DNA of 63,900 nt, from NCBI RefSeq assembly GCF_003704095.1, contig NW_020846357.1, forward strand, positions 124,101-188,000. Reading direction: 5' to 3'. This DNA comes from Pocillopora damicornis. Its lineage: Eukaryota. A program made the translations under genes and the position numbers. Under the pieces are notes generated by a model. The model did not search any database. It was not told the origin of the DNA and saw only the letters and a program-made list of their open reading frames with translations. Positions 12,915 through 25,557 of this stretch are shown here, piece by piece; positions within the stretch are counted from its first letter, which is position 1, and the number at the start of each line of letters is the position of its first letter.

Positions 12915-14121
12915 TGCACGTTAAGGCTCATAAGATACATTACCTTGGCCACAAGTTTTGAATGTTAATTGTGAATAAAAACTTTACAATTGATCGTAAA
13001 TAACATCTAGCTGTTTAGAACATTAACCTGCAGCTAAAATGGTGAGCCATTTTTGGTAGGATTATGTTCAGTCTACTGTGAGAAGGCAGATAAACGAAAG
13101 TTGTTAAGCGCCGAAGTTTCTAAGGAATAAAAGATTATTTGGCTGTTTTATGTATATGCTTGTTATACACTATCGAATAAAATAACCATCGGTATTGACG
13201 CGAAATTCACTTCAGATCAAGCACTGCAAAGTGGATTCTCTTCCCAAATCTTCGATTGAAGAGCGTTCCTTGTTGAAACTGTAAGGTATTTTCAGTGGGG
13301 AGTATTCGACTATGTTACGTTATTAACTACCTGTTGAATTAAGATACACGTCTCTTGGCAACAATATCACCTTCCAGTGCCAACCAGCTTACTAACTAAG
13401 TATGCATTTAAAAGCAATCAGTAACCTGTATTTGGTTGGGATCTTGAATATTTTACTTGACAACATGAAGTCTTAAATTTTTATCGGGAAAAGCGTCCAA
13501 AAGTCAACATTTTACTGCATTGAAATGATGAAAAATTCACAGTAGACCATCACAATTTCGAAACCCAAATCCATAAAATTTAAAAGCGGTATTTAAAGTT
13601 AACGAAAAGTACACAAACCGAACTACTCATCTGGAACAGTAACTGTGAAAAAAAATTGTCCTAATAGGTGATAATTGCAACACTTAATTACGTCTACAAA
13701 ACGATCTCGTGCAACGAAATATTGCAGAATACGCAGATCATGTCTCGGTCATTTGCTGATCATAGTGTGTTACAACAGAATTTCATCTCCCGTGTTCCAA
13801 GGAAAATGATTACGCTAAAATTATGGAGACCTTCCATTAAGTTTAACCGGAGTCGCTTTTTATTGCCGCGGGCGAAACTGAGCGTAGACTGGTACCTGCT
13901 AAACTTTCCATTACTGGTGTTTGGCCTAATTGAACATAATTGGCTTATGAGGTCACGCTTCGAAAAATTTGTCAGGGAATCTGTGATATTCTCCTCATGA
14001 AACCCAACACGATATCTTTAAAGGGAATTTGTCAATGCTCACTGCTTTTACGAGTTTTTTGTGGTTGCAAGATTCCCTCTCCACTCATTTGAATCCTCAG
14101 TGTACCCAGATTTCATGTAAA

Positions 14122-14526
14122 ATGGCCTCTTTTGTATCAGTTATTGTTGGACTTATAATCATGGCGTGCGCTTTTGCTGGGTTAATTGTGGCTGCTGACG
14201 AATGTACCAGACACCCAAGAGCTCTTTGATGCAAATTTATTTTTCGAAGCGTGGTTCCACGAGTGCAACATTTGACAAAGAAGACAGACGAACCTAAACT
14301 GATATACACTTTACTTGAGAGAGGACATCAAACAAACTGTCCAGGGTTAAGTCCCAACCACTTACATCACAAACCCGACTGTGGATACGATTCATTCAAC
14401 AGCTTCCTTCAGAGAAGACTTGACTTACTCTATTTACCACGACCGCTTCTGATTGCCGGATGGAACCCATTCACTCAGCTTTACCAATTAGAATTGACAT
14501 TGCTAAATTTAATGACAGGCTTTTAA
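14122..14526 (+). other. Orphan signal-peptide ORF (35 aa to TGA at 14227-14229; 134 codons if read through), possibly a small secreted peptide gene or pseudogene
   Basis: Kozak-like aaaATGG, hydrophobic MASFVSVIVGLIIMACAFAGLIVAA, and upstream AG acceptors at 14100/14109. The frame stays open after the single TGA until TAA at 14524-14526. Confidence 0.4.
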
Positions 14527-15860
14527 TATGGCAGGGAATTTACCACCAGGGATGGGGGAACTGTCGTTTGAAAATAACAAAGGGGGAGGGGGGAGGGTGA
14601 GGAGAGGGTAGAAATCATATTTTATTTTCACTCAGAATTCTATGTACGTGTATAAAACTGCTCTAGTTTTAGCACCAAGTTATCCTTAAAGGTTACAAGC
14701 GAAGATTCCGTAAATGCAGCTCTGTCCTTCTGTTTGGTAGAGGTCAATTATTTAAAAGTACTTTGTGGTATTAGCTTGTCTGATGTGTTAATTATGTAGC
14801 CCTCGTATGTGAAAATTGTTCAGCCCACTTTCAAATAACTCCTTAAGGGAGTCGATCTCCGACGATCATTTTTTCTCATTTGCATATGATAGTTTCCCCC
14901 GCATTTGCCTGCAACGACACATGTTTGAGGCCAGAATTCACACTCTGCGTGTGCTTTTGAAACAATTTGATTTTTAGTCGATTTTTAAAGTTGAATAGAA
15001 CCTAGAGAGTGTGAATAAAACAATTTCTTGATCTCCATGACTATATTTTCTTATTGCAAATTAATCCATCTAACATCCGTGAATTTGAGTCACTCGAGCT
15101 AAGCATGATGCAGTTGAAAAGAATACTAAGTTCAGAAATAAGATAATAATGACCATGCATCCGATCCAACAATCACTCCAGCCGCCATCACAAATATTTA
15201 AACATCGACCCTCCTACAGAATCAGTTTGGGCTCGATTTCCGCCGTTTTTTCCCCTTAAGTCCAGTCTTCGATCTCCATTTTTCAAAAAGTAGCGTGAAA
15301 TCGAGCCTCATTATAAAAGCTTCCTAGCTGTTTCTTTATTTTGTATGTTTTGTTTTGTTTTCTCTCATCACTCGGTAAAACGTCGTGGTATCTTGACCAA
15401 AAAATTATGTCGGTTGAGAACAGTTCGCGTATCACTTTATTTTTTACAAATTTTATTTTCCCTTGTGTTTGGAGTCTCTAGGGGATAGCTAGAAAATATT
15501 ACTGGTCAAATGGAAGGCATTCCTTTTTCTTTTTAAAAAGAGTATTTCTTCAAACTCTCTACAGCTAGTTCACGGAACAATCTTTGTAGTAATCACATGG
15601 TTCAAATTCCTCTTCGAGTGAAACGAGCTCTTAAATAAAGTCTAGATTAGAAATGAATACAAGCAAAAGACTTTAACTAAAAGAACAACTTTGTTGTAGG
15701 AAGTGTCAGAATTATTTGTAACAATAAAACCATCGAATGACCTAATTGTGTCCGAACCTGAATCTCATAGAAAATTAATATCTTTTCTCGAATCGCTTAC
15801 GCTCGTTACATCAGTAATCACTTTATGTTACTCAAGTCATTCAATCAACTGCGTTTCTTG

Positions 15861-18800
15861 TTAGAGCTTGGATTTCATCGCTCCCATCATCTTTTCAAAT
15901 TTCATTGCCATCATCATGTCTCCCTTAATTTTCAGTTTTCCTCCCATGAACGCCTGAGTTGGATTCATCTGACCCTTAAACATCTTAACAAAATCGTCCG
16001 AGCCTAGGGTCATTGTACAGTTTGCTTTACCTCCTGGATAAGATCCTTTACCAGCAGATCCTGTGGATAAATGATAAAAGTAGCATTTACCTCGTAACCA
16101 GGGTCTCTCTTTCAATCCCTCGCTTGCTCCGGTGAGAGATCCTGGAGACGAGGTTAACGATGTCTGAACCTTGCCGTGGAATAAGCAAGATAACAAATAA
16201 AGGAACAGTAAAGAACAGTATTGATCTTTCCATAGATACATTAAGATTACCGAGGAAAATAATGGGACCCTTAAAAAAAAGGGCAAAAAAAGTAAGAACA
16301 AGAGTTAGAGAGGATTTCATGTTTTTTTCGAATTAAAACAAAATCAAGCGCGTCGAAAAGAACGTAGAATTCTGACATGAATACGGAAGAAATTTGCTTC
16401 ACTTCCGCAAACTAGGGGCGTTGAATGTTTTCTCCGAGAAAAATAGCGTTTTCTGAAGAGCAGCATGATCAAACAAATATGGGGAGAAGACCAATATGGC
16501 GTGACGTTCCCGGCGAGCCCCTCGATATTTGCATTCGCACGAAAAGTGCCTTCCTCATAAAATATCACATATTATTGTCCGAACTTTGGTCGAACCATCT
16601 TTTCTTCAGGGTTGTTTACCTGCATCATTTTGGAGATCAATATACCACACTCCTTCGTCTTTTCCTGTTAAATGAAACTCGAACACTCCCCTCACTTCAT
16701 TAACAAGTTGTTTGTTACATAAGCTCTTTATGATATCGAAAATTCCATCCACTCCTTCCGCACTATTTCCTTGTGGAACAGTATCTGCGGTCTTCTGAGC
16801 CTCCATAACTTTTTTAGCATCCGAACCATCAACGTCCAAGAAGAAGTCCGGTAACAGTTTGCTTCCTGTAAATGTGATGAAAGGAGGGTAATAGTCACAC
16901 AAGCAAGACTAGGGTGTATTGCGTGACACGATATAAAAAGAAATCGTCTACCTATGAACCTCAAGTCGCATGACGATTTCAAAACGACTTTACGGCCGAT
17001 TTTTCCCTATCTTTTAGCTTATGGCTGCCTTACTCTATCTTTGTCTTCCCTTCAAATCAAATAAGTGGGTTACTTTCCACTATTGTATTAAGAACACAAA
17101 GCATCAAACCAATTAGTCAGTAAACATGGTTCAGGAAAATTCTTCAAAGTAAACATCCCTCCTTTCTTTACGTTTATCTTTCCCACTACCCAACCTAAAT
17201 CCAGTAACCCTGTCATCTCAACTACTCTTACCTGGCACACAGGCATAAGGTTCAAAATCTGTGACTCCCACTTCTATGAGTACATCTTCATCAACAAGAA
17301 ACTCTCCAGTCCTGGCTCGACTATCCCTTGTTAGGACAACATAGGCAGCATCAGCCATGATCTGATCAGTGCGACAGGAAGCAAGAGCTTCTTTACCACC
17401 CAGCATCTCCATAGCAGCTGTAGCTATAGCTAATGAATCAAGGGAATACTTCTTTAAGCAGAAGAACATACAGTATAACAAAAAATAAATTCTGAAATAA
17501 AAATACAACTTTCAGAAAGCAATGAAATGAGTGTTATGTTTTGTTACACTGTAGTTACTGTATGTCATGATGGCTCTGAAAGCCTCTCTTGAGAAATAAT
17601 TTTTAATGAAAAATTGATCAAGTTAGGTTTGTAGTTTTGTGTTTACCTGTTTTAGGCCACAGTGCATTAACTGAAATCCCATCATCCTTGAATTCTTGTG
17701 CCATGCCCAGGACACACATGGACATGCCATATTTAGCCATTGTATAAGCTTAGAACAAAACAGATAGCAGCTAAGGAATCAAAATGAAAAATCACCAAAT
17801 TCCACAAGCACTAAATATATCAATTTAATCTAAACAAATAAAATTATTACAGGTCTAAATTTTTTTTCCTGATTTTTTTCAGGCCTTATTTTCACTACTG
17901 CTCAAGTAATGTTTATTACTGCAAAGATCAGTTTCATATTCACAAAATTATTTATGTCCAATGAAAAATTAATTCCTTATGGTAGAGTTCAGCCCAAAAG
18001 GTATATGTTAAAAGGTTAGTTACAATTATTGGCACATATCTTGTTAAAAGATAAAGCACCTGGTAAATTGCTTGTACTTTTTAGAAGTATGTTATTACTT
18101 GTTACTTGCTGTTTTATTTTGTTCAACCAACACCAACCATCAGATTACTAAAGACTGCATCAGTCAAGACATTTGTCTCCACCTGTATTACAAAGTGTCT
18201 GTTCTCATGACACTTGTCGTGAGTGTAAGATGGAAGTTTTTCTAGGTCTGAGTTTACAATGAGTACCCACAGAAGAGGGGTAACCACCAAGATTTCAAAC
18301 CACAGTTTGTTAACTCTGGTTCAAATTCCTTTTTGAATGAAGGTATAAGAAACAAGTCAGATCTGACCACAGTGATCATCATCTGGATGGTGTTCCAAAA
18401 TATAATTAGGCAAGAAAGTCTCTCTAATTCAATTTATTACAAAGTTGGTGTGCTGTGTAAAAGTGTAAGCAACTTGATAGTGGGAGATAAATTGTGAACT
18501 AACCTACATGACCTTTGAACCAATGAGGATTCATGTTCAGAGGGGGACTGATGTTTAAGATGTGTGAATTCTTTCCAATCTTTAGATATGGTAGACAGGC
18601 TTGAGAGCTGTCAACACATTCCAAATGATAAAAAATTAAAGGTGTAATCGGATAATAATAACAAGTATTGGAACATATTTACAAGGTGTCTAAGCTCTAA
18701 GAAAATAAAATAACCCATGACATTGGAAATAACTGTTCCAATTCAAAACTTGTAGATATATGTATCAATATCTCTATGTATATACAAAAAAGCAGATAAG

Positions 18801-20428
18801 CTCAAAGGTAAAGACACACTGGTAAATTTCAAAAAGAAAAGAAATAAAGGAATGTAATTACCACATTTATTCATGATATATGACATTGAATATTGAATGA
18901 AGTTTTACTTCAGAACCTTTCATGACTTAAAAGAATTTGGAAATGCTCAGAGGTAGAATCAAAAATATTATAAATTGAAATGAATTTTTCTTCTATTCTA
19001 ATTTCTGAACAAAGAAATTTTAAATTTGAGTCAACTTTAAAAAAATTTAACCAACAAATTGTAAAATATACAACAATAGATGGAAGTATGTTCAATAACC
19101 ATGAAAGTTGATATATGCTAACTGGAGAGACTCACCACAGATATGTCCCCCGTGCATTAATGCTGTTCATAAGATCATACCTGTAGAAAGGTGTGATAAA
19201 CATTTCATAAAAATAAATATTTTTCCTCCAAATGATTTTAAGATTGATTTTCATAATAATACTTCTTTGTTACCAAAAAATTTTACTGAGAGTAGAGGTA
19301 GTATTATTCATTCCTTGGGTTTGGAAATTGGAACCACTCATGACAGACTCTAAAAAGTTTAAACACAAAAACTTGGCTCTTACTTGGTGTATAAGACACC
19401 ATAGAATTCCATCACAACTGGGAACAAGAAAACAATGAAAACAATAGTGTGATTTAAACTGTGTCTTCTATACCAAGTAAGAGCCAAAAAGTTCAACACC
19501 TTAAAACCATAGTCTACAGCGGCAAAGGGCGTAAGATGGCCATGAGCTGACCATAAAATCCATTTATTTTATGAAGCAGTAATATCTTTCATGCTCCAAT
19601 GCTTTTTTAAAAATAAAAGATGCTCTCACTTTTTCATTGGTGTTTCCAAAGTCCCTGTCAAGCTTATTGCACTAGCATTGTTAACAAGTATGTCAATACC
19701 ACCAAATGTCTTTACAGCTTCTTGTACTGCACTATTGACCGCATTTTCATCACGAATATCCACTGCACAGGGAAGGCACTTTCCTCCTGCCTCTTCGACT
19801 GTAATTAAATACATCAACACAATAACTGTTACACCAGTTGGCTTGGGTCGTTGCCCAGTGGGGGAGGAGAGGGGATGGGGGGGGGCTTAGGGTGTTGTTA
19901 ACAATTCAGTTGTTGCTTGATTTGAAGATCCAAACTTAAAGATAATTTTACCTTTTGAAGCTTAAAGAGGAGAAAATACAATCAAAAAAGGTAAAACCTG
20001 AGCCAAGCCGTTCACAAATTACTACCAGGGGCTGCATGTAGTGTGGCAAATATGCCTGCATCCTCACTTCTGTGCGTTTCAAACAATGCCTTCGAGGCAC
20101 GCGAACCCCCATGTGTAAATGAACAAGGCAAATATATTTGACTTTACCTTCTTTTGCTGCAGTGTATATCGTTCCAGGCAGTTTTGGATGAGGTTCGGTA
20201 GTTTTAGCGGCGATTACAATGTTTGCTCCATCTTTGGCCGCTTTCAGCGCAATGGCTTTTCCAATTCCACGGCTGGCACCGGTAATAAATATAGTTTTAC
20301 CGGCTAGTTTCCTAAAGGGAAATCGATTTTAAAGATACTTTGGTTATAAAACAGAAACTTTAGCTGATTTTCCTAAAGAGTTGGAAGAAAGACTGAAAAT
20401 AGACAAAACTCTACCCTGTGTTCAACAT
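15861..20428 (-). CDS. HSDL2: Hydroxysteroid dehydrogenase-like protein 2, copy A; 9 exons: 20428-20415, 20311-20148, 19798-19630, 19180-19136, 18607-18504, 17748-17647, 17429-17232, 16865-16620, 16060-15861
   Basis: SDR motifs [29 protein letters not shown] and YTMAK, followed by a C-terminal SCP2 sterol-binding domain (PTQAFMGGKLKIKGD) and a terminal PTS1 -SKL. Confidence 0.95.
16088..16154. mobile_element. Short MITE-like element in the last intron of HSDL2-A
   Basis: Imperfect terminal inverted repeats acctcgtaaccagggtctctc / gagagatcctggagacgaggt. Confidence 0.6.
18129..18394 (-). ncRNA. Composite box C/D-H/ACA scaRNA, U85 (SCARNA10)-like, in HSDL2-A intron 5
   Basis: Sense strand shows a terminal stem (10/11 bp), box C ATGATGA (18382-18376) and box D CTGA (18143-18140) preceded by the guide TCTTTAGTAA, complementary to U5 loop I UUACUAAAGA. 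An internal hairpin has pocket strands AATCTT/GTAAA followed by an H box AGAAAA. A second hairpin has a TGAG (CAB) loop followed by ACA. Confidence 0.88.
19373..19487. mobile_element. MITE-like element in HSDL2-A intron 3
   Basis: ~27-bp inverted repeats ttggctcttacttggtgtataagacac / gtgtcttctataccaagtaagagccaa with a ~60-bp spacer. Confidence 0.65.
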
Positions 20429-21439
20429 TTTTCTGCTAAATACAACACCACGAGAGGAGTCCACAATACTGTTGGTCAGCGCGTAAGTGAATGTAAAGAT
20501 AGGGGTTGATTCTCACGTTAGAACAGAGCGATCGATCACCATTGATATCCATTGTAATAGTGAAGGATGATGTTCAGGGTGTTACTAGGTGAAGTGAGTT
20601 ATCTTAAGTATGGATTGACAAACTGAAAAACAGAGAGGACAGAACTATTAATTGTTGGCTCTATAAACACATGAGCAACTCTGAACTGTAGTTGTTTCAT
20701 CATCTTTCCAGTCACAAACTCAGACTCCCTGGCGATGATTAATCTGTCAATCAAAAAGTCACGAGTTAAAAACAAACTTTTTCCAAAAATAACTCAAGAC
20801 CTGTGTCGGTGACGTAATCAATCAATCGGACATTGAATTATCAGGAACAAGTCAGAAATTTCAATACTAGAAACAATGTTATCTGTTTTCTGTTGAAATG
20901 CATTTAAAAACCCGGATATCCATAGGAAAGGGGAAGGATGTTTTCTCGGCCACATTTTAGGTCACTCCTAGCTTTCCAAGAAAATATCAAAATACTGAAT
21001 ATCTACACAATTTATGTCTGTTTATTTGATCAAGTATTGAAGGTAATACCACAGGACAATATTACAAATACTGACAAAAGCAACATGACATCTGGTAAAA
21101 AGAACTCTGAATATGTACACTTTGATCCGAACGATGGAAGAATGAATGAGTAACACAAACAACAGCAATGTAACTGTGTCATAACCATTTCATTTTTACC
21201 TACATATCTCACTTTACTGTAGACAAAATTACCCAGTATCTTTAGATGTACTTGATTAAAATGTATTTACTTTGTTCAGGATTTCAAATATACAGTTTGG
21301 GGTAACCTTAGATGAAAACACCCTGTACCCTTATATGAAACTTTTAGATAAAGATTTCTGCCAGAAACTTTGGTGATTGGTAATGTGACAATTCCTTCCT
21401 TACTTACTTTCCTCTGTGAATATATAGGAAACTCATACA

Positions 21440-21600
21440 TGTGAACTGTGGTTTAATGAAGAAATGAATGGAAGCAATCTTTGCAGTAATAAACATTACT
21501 TAAGTGGTGGTGAAAATAGGGCATGAAAAAAATTCAAGGCCTGTGCAGGTCGTAGTTCATTCAGTAGTGTTCATCACTGCAAAGATTGCTTTCATTCATT
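21440..21600. repeat. Interspersed repeat with internal inverted arms; a related copy lies at ~17850-17945
   Basis: atgaatggaagcaatctttgcagtaataaacattact and agtagtgttcatcactgcaaagattgctttcattcat are near reverse complements. The same motif (agtaatgtttattactgcaaagatc) occurs in HSDL2-A intron 5. Confidence 0.6.
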
Positions 21601-21849
21601 ACTTTCCTCTCTCCTTAATGCAGCTTATTAACTATGAGTTACTCCTCAAGAAAATATTTAAATATGTTCCTCTTCATCTCTAGAAAAAAGTCCTTAATTC
21701 TATAAACACAATTTAACAGTAATGATGATACCAATACTAACACCAAATAATAATAATAATAGTGGTGATGATAACAATCAATATAATTACTATTATTATT
21801 ATTATTTTTACTTTGAACAAGACTAAATTCTTCTCAAAAAGAGTAACGT

Positions 21850-24800
21850 TCATAATTTGGATTTCATCTTTTGTAGGAGCTGATTCTCAAGTTTCATAAA
21901 TTTATGCATGCTTCCTGTAAGCTGGAGTTTTCCTCCCAAATACGCTTGTGCTGGATTAAGTTCGCCAGTGAACAACTTCACAAAATCCTCTGAGTCTAAC
22001 ATTACTGTACTGTTCACCTCATCTCCTGAAAAAGAACCTCTTCCAACCTCACCTATTAATGGAAAACAAAGAATGAGTAAATAAGAATTAGACTGGAAGA
22101 GCAAATTTTTGCTTTTGTTTCTGCTTCCTATAAAACTCAAGGAAATAGATTAAAAAAGGAGTCAGCTTTTATCCAGATCTTGTTGAACCATCAACTCTCA
22201 GTTGTCAGAACTTGTCTGCCTTGTAGGTGATAGGTAATCACCTGTACTAAGGTTTTGTCATTTTGCATAATTTGGTGGTCAGAGAATAAACCCATGAGTT
22301 ACTCTTGTTTGATCATTTAACTAAAGTATCCTTCATTACTCCCTAGTTTTTTTTTTTTTACATCTGTTTGAGAATTTTCTTGTTTGTTTGTAAACTGTCT
22401 CACTCATTCATTTCTTTACTTCCTTTTGTTGGTTTATCACTTCATTCTTTCAACATAACTTGTTAACTCTTATTTTCAAAACTGTTTTTTTTTCAGAAGC
22501 AATTTTTTTGTCACCTGCCCAGTCCCTTCTTTCATTAAACACAATGGAGTAAATTCAAGTGTTTACCTGTACTGCTCTTAAGATCAAGATACCACACTCC
22601 AGCTTCCTTTCCTGTTAAATGAAACTCAAAGACTGCATTCACTTTCTGAACAAGCTTTTCATCCAAAAAATTTTTAACAGCATCAAAAATGTCTACTACC
22701 CCTCTCACTTGACTCCTGTGAGAGGAAGTTTCCCTGGTATCCTTGGAGGAGTTTCTTTGCAGTGTGGGAGAATAACCATCAATAAAACTGTCTGGCACTG
22801 GTGCACCAGCTGTAAAGAGAGTAAGGAATGTTATTGACCAATACTTTTCATAGAATCAACCAATGATGTCATCTGAACAGGATGAAAGTCCATTGTAGCA
22901 CACTCCACCCACCCCTTCTCTTTGTCAGGTTTGACTGACTGTATGCTGATCCCTTTCTATGGTCCTGAGTGGAGAGAGGCTTGCAAAGAGTTCTGACCCA
23001 AAAACACAACACAATGACCCTGAGACTATGACAAAGACCGGTTTATCTGTCATTCAGAGAGCTCACCATGAGGATATGGCTTCTCAAGATATTAACTGCA
23101 CACAAGAGGGAGGTTAAGATTTTAACAGAAATTCATGAGGTTACCTGGAATATAAGAATACTGTTCAAAGTCAGTGATTCCTGCCTCCTTAAGAACATCT
23201 TCATCATAAAGAAACTCTCCTGTCCTTGTTTTACTGTCTCTTGTCAACATGATATATGCAGCATCAGCAAAAAACTTGTCTATTCGACAGTAGGCTAAGC
23301 CTTGTTTCCCTGCAGTAACCATGACAGCAACAGTGGCAATACCTGTTTAATGGAGTAACCTTTAATTTTTTTGGTAGTAATACTCAGGTGTACTGACTTA
23401 CAGCTGTAAGCTAAATATTTTCTTTTGAGGGTACATTTTAATGTGTGCACTTTAACATTTCAGACAAGGAACTGAACAGTAAAATCAGATAATCAAACCT
23501 TTTTTAGGCCACAGTGCATTTACTGCAATCCCATCATCCTTGAATTCTTGAGACATCCCAAGGACACATAATGACATTCCATACTTAGATAATGAATATG
23601 CTATAAAAAATCATTCATGGAGTATCATAACTACAACAAAGATAAATTCAGAAAGAATTTTACAATACAAATAGTAGCCTTAAAATAATTGTGAATAAGT
23701 AATGGTAGATAAAGAAACAAATCATAAAAGAAATATCCATTGTTTGGATAACAAGCCTTCCATCTCATGAGACCAGCCATCAGATTACCTAAGGTAACAT
23801 CAAACAACAGTTGTTGCTGTTCCCACCTGCAACACAAAATGCTGTTCTCCAGACACTTGTGTTAGGTGTGGTGTGGAAGTTTTTTGGGTCTGATGTTAGG
23901 ATGGGTTATCCACAGGAGAGAGTTATCACCAAGATTTCAAAGATTTCAAACCGGGCAATGGATTGAAACCTCTGGTTTAAATTCCTTCTTAAATGAAGGT
24001 GGTTAATTATGTTAGAGCTGACACAGTTTGCACCATATGGCTGAAGATGATACAGTTCAGTTCAATGGTGCAGCTTGCTACCAAAAACAAACAAACCAAC
24101 AAAAATGCTGTCTACTTTTTTAGTCAAACCCAATATTTTTGGAGAAGCAAGAAAGACCTTCAAGCTTAAATATGTCAGCAAAATAAATTAGAAAACACAC
24201 AATTGCAAATTCTTACCAACATGTTCTTTGAACCAGGCATGTCTGATATTTAAAGGTGGTGTCACATTTAAAATGTGAGGATTCTCTGCATTCTTTAAAT
24301 ATGAAATGCATGCTTTGGAACTAACAAAATAAATGCAACAACATTTTTAGAGTTTTTTTCAGCAAAACGTTTTGGCCTTGATGTACATCAAAAGTCAGTG
24401 ACAAGAAAACTGATTTAAATGAAGTGTTTAACTTGTCAATACTTACCACAAGAATGTCCCTCTTACATTGACATTATTCATCAGATCATATCTATAGAGA
24501 GTTGGTTACATAGGATTGGTCACAAGTGGAAAAAAACTAAGAAAAAACTTTCAAAATGGTAGTTAACGAGTGTCCATTCAATAAAAATAGACTACTTTCC
24601 GAGTATCATTAACATGAACTTAAATCTCCAAAAGCTATTTCTCGTAAACCAAAATTTAAGAAAATTTGCGATGGAAATACTTGTAAATTGAACAAGGCCT
24701 CACTTTTTCATTGGTGTTTCCAAAGTCCCTGTCAAGCTTATTGCACTAGCATTGTTAACAAGTATGTCAATCCCACCAAATGTCTTTACAGCCTCTTGTA

Positions 24801-25465
24801 CTGCACTGTTAACGGCGTTTTCATCACGAATATCTACTGCACAGGGAAGGCACTTTCCTCCTGCCTCTTCAACTGCAGCAAGAATCATGAAAACGGCAAT
24901 ATCATGAAAACTTTTTTAAGGGTTTATCAAAAATGATCTTAGAAATCAGCACTGAAATAATGTCACCACGGCTACAGTTCGAGGAAGTAATGCGTATTTT
25001 ATTGAGTACATACAAAATCAAGGAGCCAGACATCTGCAAAATTATGATCGTGACATCTGTTTGTATCACGCCACTTGAAGTCACGCATTTCATTAATTCT
25101 GTCACGATTGTCTCAGATAAAAATTACAGTCTTGCAGCAACAACGAAAAAAAAAGGATCACCTTCTTTTGCTGCAGTGTATATCGTTCCAGGTAGTATTG
25201 GATGAGGTTCGGTGGTTTTAGCGGCGATAACAATGTTTGCTCCATCTTGAGCTGCCTTCAGCGCAATGGCTTTTCCAATGCCACGGCTCGCGCCGGTGAT
25301 AAATAATGTTTTACCAGCTAATTTTCTGCCAAATGTAGGATGAAGACAGTACAGATATCATAATGAACAGAAAAAAAAATCAAAACAGGAAATCGTCCGA
25401 TCTAACGAAGGCAGATTAGCAAGTTTTTTTACGTGGAGCAAAACTTACCCAGTATTCTTCAACAT
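21850..25465 (-). CDS. HSDL2: HSDL2 paralog, copy B; 9 exons: 25465-25449, 25325-25162, 24872-24704, 24491-24447, 24320-24217, 23600-23499, 23342-23145, 22809-22567, 22052-21850
   Basis: Same exon/intron structure as copy A, with [21 protein letters not shown], an SCP2 domain and terminal -SKL. I saw no frame disruptions. Confidence 0.92.
23774..24043 (-). ncRNA. Diverged duplicate of the U85-like scaRNA in HSDL2-B intron 5 (possibly a pseudogene)
   Basis: Colinear similarity to 18129-18394. It retains a terminal stem cagcca/tggctg, box D CTGA and both hairpin scaffolds. Box C is changed to ATGGTGC, the D guide to CCTTAGGTAA, and there is a 9-nt tandem duplication at the pocket. Confidence 0.65.
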
Positions 25466-25557
25466 CTTTCCCAGTATTGAGCCTTCGAAGGATACAACCT
25501 GCGGTTGGCTTTAGAAAAGAAGCCTCGTTTCACTTTGTCATTTGGCGCCATAATTTC

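Noticed and set aside
14844-15259. TTAA-GGG...CCC-TTAA ends suggesting a TTAA-targeting DNA transposon
   Set aside because: There is no extended terminal inverted repeat beyond a few bases.
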